The notes under the pieces were generated by a model that did not search any database, had not been told where the DNA came from, and saw nothing but the letters and a program-made list of their open reading frames with translations. Below are positions 1-9,117 of a stretch of 64,000 nt of DNA, piece by piece. Positions within the stretch are counted from its first letter, which is position 1, and each line of letters opens with the position of its first letter. The position numbers were made by a program, and so were the translations under genes. Source of the stretch: Adineta vaga (taxonomy: Eukaryota; Animalia; Rotifera); the NCBI GenBank assembly GCA_021613535.1, contig CP075495.1, forward strand, positions 13,144,001 through 13,208,000. Direction: 5' to 3'.

Positions 1-2778
1 ATTCATTTTTCTGAGAAATTATCAGATTGCCAATCATATCAATAATTTCAGACAACGATCGTAGCTCCCAATTTGTTTGGTTTTTAAAAACATGGTTCAT
101 TGATTCAATATCATTATTATAAAAAAGTCGGGGAGCACCGCTTTTATCGAGAAAATTAATGGGCAGACGAACTGCAGCTATCAGATGATTCCGAAAAACA
201 TTTGTTTGATATTGGTTGAACCATTGTAGGAAGTCGGTAGCACCATTAAATCGAGCTTGATCACGGCGCTGAAGATTTCGCCAATATTCATCTAATGCGT
301 TTAATCTATCCTGGAATTCTTCTTCGGTCTCAGATTGTATCAAAGATTCAGACGAATTAAACATAAGATCAAGCATATCTTGCCGTTCCTCAAGGGTAAC
401 ACGGGACTTTATTAATTGTCTTTCAATATTTTGGCGTACATGTCGTGTACAATAAAGGTGAGTTGAATTCGGAAAGATCGTATCGATTGCTTTTTTGACA
501 GCTTTGGCTCCATCACTCCCAATCACAAGTTTACTACAATCACCCAGTTCCCGATTCACAAAACTTAAAAGTTCTTCAAATGATTCAGCATCATCACGAT
601 AGTGAATCATTGTTGGACCAATAAAAATCGGTGTTTTCTTTGTTTTTCGATATTGAACAGCTGTATTCCGAAAAGCAATTGATGTCACATAAAATCGACC
701 AAGATTAAAGGTCGTATCAACACCTGCTTGGAGTAAAAAATATTTAATTATTCAAAAGCTTAACAAAACTTACATAGAACGGATGGTTGGGCTTCTTCTG
801 AAGAAACAATACAACATCGTTTCAATTCTTTAATCATATATGGTTGAGACAATATCAAGACTGGTGCTTCGCCTCGACTCATTGCAAAACGAGCAACCAT
901 GCTATTAGATTTCTCCAAATTTCTCATAATTGTCAAGTATTCATCAACATTTGATTCATTGTTCTTGCGAGCGTTATATACTTGATTACGGTCCCGAACT
1001 GTCATTATTGATGGGTAAGGAAGTTGCTCAACATTTTTTATGGATTCATTATATATGGTTGATGGTTTCACAAATCGTGGCTGAGACTATTTAGAAGAGA
1101 AAAGTTCTGTATTGTCATCCATATTTATTTATTTTGAACTTACTTTGATCTGATTCAGAACGGAAGGTAAAGTAGCAGTATATGGACGATCTGATTTTTT
1201 TGCATTTCCATGTGGTTTCAAACGAACATTGTCCGTATTCTTTTGGTTTTCTTCGACATATTGTAAAAATATAGGAAGATTAGATTTGGTAGATTCATTT
1301 TTGCTCGGTAGTTGACTCGTATAAGCAATCATACGACGAAATGAGGAATTTGTAGCATTTACAGCATAATATCTATTTGTTAAAATTCGAAATATGGTTG
1401 TACCGCAAATGCAGAAATATTCTACCTACCGGTGCAATACAATAACTTGTTTTGGATCTATTGAACATGATACATATTTACTACCAACTCTTTCATTATA
1501 GTATGGTTTACCATTTGCATCCAGACGTATAATTTGATAGTTGTTTGTATCTCTTTCCATAAACATTGTTTTGACAGACCTAATTTGAATCCATACTCCA
1601 TTGCCGTCTTTTCCGATCGATAAATGGTTTTCTTCTGTTCGCTTTACAAAATACATAGATGTATGTCCAACCATCCGTGGTGGTTGTTCAAATTCCGTTC
1701 CATTTTTAACAGTATCAAGCATGTTCTTAATAATTGTAGATGCTTCAAGAAATATCTGCCTTGTAGCAAATTCAGAGAGGGAACTTTTCGGTTCATTGAT
1801 ATCTTCTTCCTCCTCTTCTGTTTGGATTGAATAAGTTATTTTCGATCTACTCGGGCGACAAGTGGTTTCCGATGAAATATCGGTATGTTCAAAATACGTT
1901 ATGTCTTTATTCACGCTCTCAAATCCATTATTAGTTTCGACTAAAGGCTTTGATTGATGAGTAAAGAGTACTGGTGTAAAGTGATTAGGACGCCACATTT
2001 GATTTGTGTTTACATATGGACCAGACCACATTACACGAAGTGGTGTTTCAGATGCTGCTATCAGTTTGTTTCTAGGTATAAAAACCGTGTTTAGCAGTCG
2101 AGAATATTCATCGTTTTCATTGACACTAGGATATATCGACTCTATAGAGTGACCAGTTACCGTTGACAAAGCTGCAAGTGTTAATACACCAGTGTATTGT
2201 TGATTATTCATGATGCGCAAGACGTGATCTTGAACAGATTCGTCATCAACGAGATCGAGACCCATATTAGTTTTTATAGTCTCGTAATATTGTGAGTGTG
2301 TGCACAACTCATCTATACAACGAGCACGAAGCTCATCTATAGTGGTGGCTGGATAAAATACTTGAAATGTGTGAAATAGACAATCACCATCGCCAGCCAC
2401 GTCGACTGGAACCATTTCTGCAGTAGAGCACTCTGTATGGTTTTGAAGAAGTTCTTCGGTGTGTTCATCAACAGAATGTATATTTTTATCGAAAAACTGC
2501 ACAGGTACATCAGGTATCGTATAGCAGTTGATAGCATCATGCATATCAATACATTTAGCCTGTAATACTACATAATCGTGACTTTCATCTTTTAATCTTG
2601 TTAAAAATAGAAGATAAAAGTCATCACGGGTTTCACGTTTGCAATTATCACATAGTACAGAGTTGGATCGTAAATCACACAACGCACAAGTTGTTCTACA
2701 AACTTCTTGTAATAAAAACATCATTCTTGTTAACGTCTGGATATTATTAGTGGTTAATATAAAAAGAATCGATTTCAT
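1..2778 (-). CDS. MULE transposase fused to an N-terminal Cys4 knuckle, a vertnin-like OTU cysteine protease and a CG-1-like DNA-binding module (3' end truncated by the window)
   Basis: Four exons (2778-1430, 1372-1144, 1086-774, 723-<1) join in frame across GT-AG introns 1429-1373, 1143-1087 and 773-724. The last exon gives CVDTTFNLG (D1), VIGSDGAKA (D2), LYCTRH (CxxH) and YNNDIESMNH (E). OTU motifs are AGDGDCLF and PNHFTPVL. The CG-1-like motif is KDGNGVW...LHRYYA...FRRMI. Confidence 0.9.
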
Positions 2779-2826
2779 TTCGCTTACTTTTTTCTTATCA
2801 TTTCTTTTTGGGACGTGACTTCCAAA

Positions 2827-2853
2827 CGCTTTTCAAAACTAGTATGAAAAGCG
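2827..2853. promoter_or_regulatory. Dyad-symmetric element in the divergent promoter between transposase and ATPase
   Basis: CGCTTTTCA (2827-2835) and TGAAAAGCG (2845-2853) are perfect 9-bp inverted repeats around a spacer containing ACTAGT. The element lies midway between the two start codons. Confidence 0.5.
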
Positions 2854-2902
2854 ATGCATCTTCTTTTTATCTATCTGTATTCGATATTGTTACGTGCTGA
2901 TC

Positions 2903-4076
2903 ATGGTTACTTCTACATCGAAACGAGTAGTGATAGAAACATCTCTTTATTACAACGAAGAAATGGTGAATTATGCAGCGATTAATCCTCATGATGATAT
3001 GTTTTCACAAGCTAAACAAGTAGAAGTTTTCACGAAATATGGAGTGGTCAAATTTGTTGTTATTATAAATCCATCTGTTACAATCGGTGCAATTGCGTTG
3101 AATCGTTTTCAACGTAAAAAATATCATATGAAGATGTATCGTAGTTATGTTGTACGTTCGTATTCTCCAGCATCACCAACTCGTACATTTTTCGAAATAA
3201 TAAATGAAAAGTTCAATCTCAACGATAAAATTGGTGGAATGCAAAAGGTGCTGGAAGAAATTTTTGGTAATGTGTTACTTCCTCGTCTTTACCCACAAAG
3301 CTTTATTGCAAAAACAGATATAAACAAAACACGAGGTATTGCTTTTACACGGTAATTCGGGTGTTGGAAAAAGCTTGATAGCGAGAACTGTATGTGATGC
3401 ATTAAATGTTATTCCGAAAGTTATACGTGGTCCTGAAATTCTTTCATGTATGCTTGGTGAATCGGAAAAAAATATTCGAGATCTATTTGAAGATGCGCGT
3501 AGCGATCAACAATCCTATGGTTCGAATAGTAGATTACACGTGATTATCTTTGACGAAATGGATGCTATAGGTAAAAATCGAACAGGTAGTAATTCAGTAC
3601 GCGATACCGTTCATGATAGTATTACTGCTCAATTATTGGCTGAAATTGATGGCATGGCTTATCTTAATAATATTCTCATAATTGGTACGACCAATATTTT
3701 AGAAGCCATTGACCCCGCACTTCTCCGTCCTGGGCGAATAGAAACCGTGATTAAGGTTGATTTGCCTGATGCACGTGCTCGTTCAGCTATTTTCGATCTC
3801 CACATGAAGGCACTTCTTCGTAATGGAGCTCTCTATCGAGATGTAGATGTCAACAGTATCATCCATGGCACAGAAGGCTTGACCGGTGCTCATATAGAAA
3901 GAATTATTCGTCTGGCAATTCATGCTGCTATGCGACGAGATATACTACATAGAAATACATTCGACGTTACCGATGAACAAGCAGAGGAACTTCAGGTTCG
4001 TAACGACGATTTCATTGAGACATTAACAAAAGTCCAACAAGATCAGTCAACATGCCAAAATAATGAACAACCATAA
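2903..4076 (+). CDS. Intronless truncated NSF/Sec18-like AAA+ ATPase (N-terminal beta-barrel subdomain plus D1 only), with a +1 frameshift near 3341
   Basis: ORFs 2894-3355 and 3339-4076 join as RGILLHGNSGVGKS if one base is removed. NSF D1 hallmarks: PKVIRGPEIL, GESEKNIRDLFEDA, SRLHVIIFDEMDAI, LLAEIDGM..LNNILIIGTTN, ALLRPGRIE, AEELQVRNDDF. The N-terminus NYAAINPHD...PSVTIGAIALNRFQRK resembles the first NSF-N subdomain. First ATG is at 2903. Confidence 0.85.
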
Positions 4077-4728
4077 ATTTCTACTACGTATATATTACAA
4101 TTATTAATACATTCGTACTTTGCATTTACGTTTCCTCTATATTCAGTTGCCGCGAACAAACTCATTTAAAAACACACAGATTGTTGTTTCTTTCAAAAAA
4201 AAATCTCTTGAATAATTTTTGGAATTTAGAATAGAAATCACTGATTTATATCAAAGATTAACGTAATAGATGGATATGTATGATCGTAGTTGAAAGTCTG
4301 CCTAGATTGATAAGTATTGTATGTGGTGGTTATATTTAGTTGTCTTCAATGGTTAGCTGTGAATAGCAACAGTTGGGATTATCAAAGAATATGCACTATG
4401 GAAAATAGTTGCATGTTTTATGAATGAGATAGCTTATAAATATGGCAGTAGTCGTATAAATATAAATACAATTTCCAATAAGATCATATATATATATATA
4501 TTGCAGTTATCCTTATGATAAAGACTTTTCCATGATGCTCAACATGAGCATATGCTTTTGTAGTATTCATCAAAGCTTGAGTTATAGATCATTGGACCAC
4601 CAGAAGATCAAATCTTGGTTTGGTAGAACACTTTTACAATCGAACGTGATAGTACAAAAATTTGAGCGCATTTTCTTAATTTGAGATATTTTCTTTACAT
4701 TGGAAAATAGTGTTTGGAAAAAATAATA

Positions 4729-5018
4729 GATAAAAGCTATTCAGAGGTATCTCATATTTACATCAAAAGATAGCTTTCCGCATTCTGTGGGTGTTAGTGG
4801 GGACTCGCAACAGTGGTTGTCTTGACTGCAAGCGAGATTTTGGGTGATAGTAGATATTTACATGCAAGTTTTTCACGATATTTCATGTTTTTCGGGAACA
4901 TTTCAGGGATAAAAGTCTTTTATGGATACCACTATTTTATACCAAAAGATAGCTTTTCACATTCTGTGGGTGTTAGTGGGGACCATCAACGTCCGCTCTC
5001 ACAAAGTTGGGTGATAGT
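4729..5018. repeat. Two-copy imperfect direct repeat (period 179 nt), probable transposon subterminal repeat
   Basis: The 41-nt core CAAAAGATAGCTTT(C/T)C(G/A)CATTCTGTGGGTGTTAGTGGGGAC occurs at 4764-4804 and 4943-4983 with 2 mismatches. Flanking shared words are GATAAAAG (4729, 4908) and TGGGTGATAGT (4841, 5008). Confidence 0.85.
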
Positions 5019-5116
5019 GGTGATAGCATAGAATACTAATACCCTTCTGTTTCTCATGATGATAATGATTTCATAGTTGTTATTTTCATGAAAGCAATAC
5101 CTAACCCAACATAACT

Positions 5117-5638
5117 CTAAAAGAAAAAGTTATCTTTTATAGAAAATTCAGAGTTTTGTTTTAAATACTCAAACAGATCATCAATAACATCGTTCTTATT
5201 AGGATTCTCTTTCAAACGACTATTAGTTGATGCATTAGCAGTTTCGATTGTTGATAATGAAATTGAAGAACTAGCTGTTGTTGTTGTTGTTGTTGTTATA
5301 TATGTTAAGAATATATCTGATAAAAAATACACGAAGTTGTATTCAGATGAAATAACATCTGTAATAGTAGCTAAAGAAGTGATTAGATAATAGGTCCTAT
5401 TCGGCATGTAACAATTGATAGCTTTATAATCATTTCGAGACATCAATGCAACACAAATACAAGCATTACACGATGATCTGATATTAAATGTCATAGTTGT
5501 TATTGAAGAATTCCCGTCTTGCAGTTTACAAGGACGTATATGATTAGTTGTTATAACCATTTGACGTGTATAAGTAGAATCAAGGAAAAGAAGAATCAGA
5601 ACATAATTGAATTGACTGACAACTACAGCATTCATCAT
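5117..5638 (-). CDS. Putative secreted Cys-rich (Apple/PAN-like) protein with a Thr/Ser-rich tail, possibly degenerate
   Basis: 173-aa ORF with a hydrophobic N-terminus (YVLILLFL), a CNACIC...AINC motif and a poly-Thr run. It ends just outside the inferred transposon end. Confidence 0.4.
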   Translation of the reverse strand: MMNAVVVSQFNYVLILLFLDSTYTRQMVITTNHIRPCKLQDGNSSITTMTFNIRSSCNACICVALMSRNDYKAINCYMPNRTYYLITSLATITDVISSEYNFVYFLSDIFLTYITTTTTTTASSSISLSTIETANASTNSRLKENPNKNDVIDDLFEYLKQNSEFSIKDNFFF

Positions 5639-5954
5639 GTCTATTTTGTTAAATTAGTGTGGCAAACTAGTAGAATATAAAAGCTTGATAGAGAATAATA
5701 CAATTGTTATAATTTAAAGAAATTTTATTTTTTATTTTCAGGATAATTAAAATTTGATGATTGTTTAGAGCAAAGTATATGGTTCCGCTCCAAAGAATAC
5801 TAATTCGACTAAAATTATATATTATGTCAGTAAATAGACGCATTCCTTTGAGAATACTTTGCTTATTTTCTAGAATATTATAGTCCATATTGATTGATTT
5901 TAGTTTTATAAATTATTGTAATATCTGATGTCAACGAAACAAATTGTAGTTTCT

Positions 5955-6174
5955 GTTACTTCAAATTGAAAATACACTGCACAACATCAAGCGTCCGCAA
6001 TATTCTACAAGAACTAAATGGATACGGAAGAGACATCTAAGTTAATAAGATGAGTTGAAACTGCATAGGTTACAGAGAAAATGCGTCAGAAAATAAATTC
6101 TACTTTTTGCGGAATCTTCACATTACTCATTCATCGATCGACTTCTGTTCTGAGAGCTTTGCATTTGAAGTAAC
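5955..6174. repeat. 12-bp inverted repeat pair about 220 nt apart (possible decayed MITE)
   Basis: GTTACTTCAAAT at 5955-5966 and ATTTGAAGTAAC at 6163-6174. No clear target-site duplication. Confidence 0.3.
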
Positions 6175-6616
6175 TCCGTACCTCCAGGATCGACTTAGTT
6201 TTTATGGAATGTATTTTTATATCAACTTCTTGTCAGTGACATAGAGTATCTACCTAGAAACTTCAATGCATTCAAAAAATAGCTTTTTTTTATCTTTAAA
6301 AGAAATTTATGAGTTCGCAAATAAAAGATTTTAAAGAATAGTTCTAGACAATAAACATCAAAAAGATAATATGAAGTACACAGAGCAACGGGTGAGATTG
6401 TGACAGTGTAGGATCAAAATAGATTGGAATTTTCCAAGGAAAGAGAATATAAAAGACTAACCATTCAAATAAATTCTCTACTACTTTTCGTTTATCTCGT
6501 TTTTTCTCACTTATCATATATAATTACTTACCGTGTGTATTCAAATTTAGATATCTAAAGAACAGACTCTACAAATAAGTATAGCTCTTCCATACGCATC
6601 TTACAATAGTTATAGC

Positions 6617-7405
6617 TTGTCAGAAGACAACGCCGATGAACAAATTCACAATTTTGCATCTGAACTTATAAATAGTGATCAACCAATTCGAGAACTAGGC
6701 CCTGTTCGAGAACTTATAAATACTCATGAAAATTTGCAAACTAGTTTACAAACAATGGCTGATAGTAATCCGTTAATACAAAGAATTAATAATCAGTCAG
6801 CAGCTAATATTAATACTGTTATTGATAGTGTCGATTCTCTAAGAAGTTTAAGTAAAATATGTAGATCTCTTGAAAAAGAAACTTTATCACAAGAAGCTGT
6901 TGAAGTAATCAATACACAAGGTGGAAACGTGGTTAATAATCTGTTGAATATTTGTTCAAGAACTACAGATGAAATCCATAAAAATACAATTGTACTACAA
7001 AGAGCTATAACAGAAAATGAAAGAACAACAAATGATCCACTAACCAATGAACTACTACAACAACAGCTTCAAATTACAACAAATATTTCATATGATCCTC
7101 TACAAGCCACACAACAAATAACTGAAGCAATGACAATTAGCAATAAAATAAAAAATCGTATCGAAGAACTAGAACCAAATATAACTGCTTTTGTACGAAG
7201 AGCGGCACAAAACAATTCTCTATATATGAAATATGCCGCTGGTGTCTTCTGCTTGGCTACAGCTGTCATAGTTGCGTGTGCTGCAGGGCCATACTTAACT
7301 CCAATTGTTATTGGTGCATTGAAAAATGTACCTGCAACTACCAGTAGTGGAAGTATTGCCTTATCATCACTGCTTACTGTTATGGTGAAAACTAAGCGAA
7401 AATAA
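6617..7405 (+). CDS. Orphan helical/coiled-coil protein with C-terminal hydrophobic segments
   Basis: 262-codon open frame in AT-rich DNA. It is amphipathic and Q/N/E-rich, followed by YAAGVFCLATAVIVACAAGPYLTPIVIGAL and GSIALSSLLTVMV-KTKRK. The frame opens at TTG and the first ATG is at 6755. A TATA-like TATAAAAG lies near 6448. Confidence 0.7.
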   Translation: MSEDNADEQIHNFASELINSDQPIRELGPVRELINTHENLQTSLQTMADSNPLIQRINNQSAANINTVIDSVDSLRSLSKICRSLEKETLSQEAVEVINTQGGNVVNNLLNICSRTTDEIHKNTIVLQRAITENERTTNDPLTNELLQQQLQITTNISYDPLQATQQITEAMTISNKIKNRIEELEPNITAFVRRAAQNNSLYMKYAAGVFCLATAVIVACAAGPYLTPIVIGALKNVPATTSSGSIALSSLLTVMVKTKRK

Positions 7406-8029
7406 CTTTCTCAAACATCGCTAATTTTCAATATATATGTTACATAAAAATCAGTACGAATATTATTAATTTATATTTCAAATTCTTTTATTCATTTCTT
7501 TCTCTATGTAATTTTAATACACATTTCCAGAAATAACAAGTAACGATACAAGGTTTCAACCGAAATACATATGATATATATTGATCAAGCTTTCGCATTC
7601 TATCTAAGTAATTTGAATACTTCCAAATGTATATTAACTAATCTCTTGCTTTCTAACTCTTTCTGCATACAAAAATATCAATGACAGTGATGAATAATAT
7701 GTCAACAAATGGATGAATAAAATATATATATATTGTATATATCAAGGTATATAAGTAATGAAGACTTAAAAAAACATCAATCGTTTTATAACAGATCAAA
7801 ATATCGTGTTTTTTCTATCGTATGAATAATATATATGCTATATACTAATATCGAGGAACAAAACTCAGCTCTTTCTAAAAGCAATCGATTGATGAAAAAA
7901 AGAAGGATTCAAATAAAGAACGATATGAAGCTTATTCATAATTTGTTAAATATACTTTTTGATAAAAAGAAACAGAGATTATATATATATGTGAGTACAT
8001 AACATTTTCATCAGTACTTCAACACGAAT

Positions 8030-8744
8030 ATGCAAGGTTATACATTCGTATTTTTGATTCTTTCGATAACATTAATTGATGGACTTTTTTTTAGTTGTAA
8101 GTTATTCTTGAATGAAATTATTTTTTTGAAAATTTTCTTTTTCTCTTTCAGCTAAACCAAAATGTCCAATCAAACATTATAAATCAAGCAAATATATTAC
8201 TGGAGATCAACTTTTAGTTCATGAAGATTTCTATGAACGTGTGAAAGCTTTAGAAACAGTTGCAAAGGAATGTAAAGTCCATATTTATGTCAAAGGATCA
8301 TACTATCAATTACCAAATCCTGCTCAACAAGTCTTGGTATCTGATGCAGATCTAGTTATTGGTCATGGTTTTCAATTCGAAGTTCGAAATGAAAATAATG
8401 CACTTCTATGCAATAAATTATGTCTTTCGAAAAGTATTGTTGAATTTTGACATCCTTTCCCTATTTTGTCTAATCTCATTCTTTCAGATCCAATGGATAT
8501 GGCTGAAGTGAAATGCTTATTACAAGGTGTAGCCAATCGTGGTTTAACATGGTCTCGTTATTATTCCGATGTTATTAGTGACGGCACTTATGCATCGAAT
8601 ACATATGGATATCAAACATTGAAAACGGATATTCAAACACGATGTGAAAAAGAGAAATTTAAACGACAACTTCTTCGAACACTTCGTCGAATGTATGATG
8701 AAGAACAAGATCAAGATTCTGATGATGAAAAAAAGAAGAAATAG
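8030..8744 (+). CDS. Secreted protein, probable degenerate M15 (Hedgehog/DD-peptidase fold) peptidase homologue
   Basis: Three exons (8030-8096, 8152-8433, 8488-8744) splice in frame. Signal peptide MQGYTFVFLILSITLIDG. Motif order VHEDF..CKVHIYVKGSY..IGHGFQFE..CNKLCL..VKCLL..GLTW. The gene model is firm but the family call is tentative. Confidence 0.7.
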
Positions 8745-9117
8745 AATTCTTTTTAACAATACAGACTCATATTTCTCTTAAAGCTTTTTTTAAACTCATA
8801 CATTTTATTTTTACTTATTCTTCTTTAGATGATTTCGAGAATATATTAAATAAGATATAGAAAATAGTTGTTTTTTTCTCTCAATATATATGAGTCGATG
8901 GAACTCAGTCACTTGTTTATTTTATTGATAAAAAAAAACATTGTTTTACATGTCAAATCTCTGCTTAGCAAAAGAAAAGATCTTTGATCATCATATCAAT
9001 CGGTAACTGGAAATCCACTGACATATTTGTGCAGAAGTGTGATAAAAGAAGAAAAAACTGTGTGAAACACAAATATCAGATCTAAGTTATAAAATAAAAG
9101 AAAAACTATTCAATTCT

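Larger units (their letters stand above)
1..5044 (-). mobile_element. Mutator-like (MULE) DNA transposon, partial (runs off the left edge of the window); carries a transposase and probably an NSF-like ATPase cargo
   Basis: MULE DDE transposase at 1-2778, divergent cargo ORF at 2903-4076, and 179-nt-period subterminal repeats at 4729-5018. A candidate terminus ...GAATACTAATACCC lies at about 5044. The other end and the target-site duplication are outside the window, so the right boundary is inferred. Confidence 0.62.

Noticed and set aside
2903-4076. Calling this the host NSF gene
   Set aside because: It lacks part of the N domain and all of D2, is intronless, has an altered pore loop and lies within transposon-like sequence.
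4764-4983. 41-nt direct repeats as a CRISPR-like array
   Set aside because: There are only two copies, a 138-nt gap, similarity extending beyond the core, a eukaryotic context and no cas genes.
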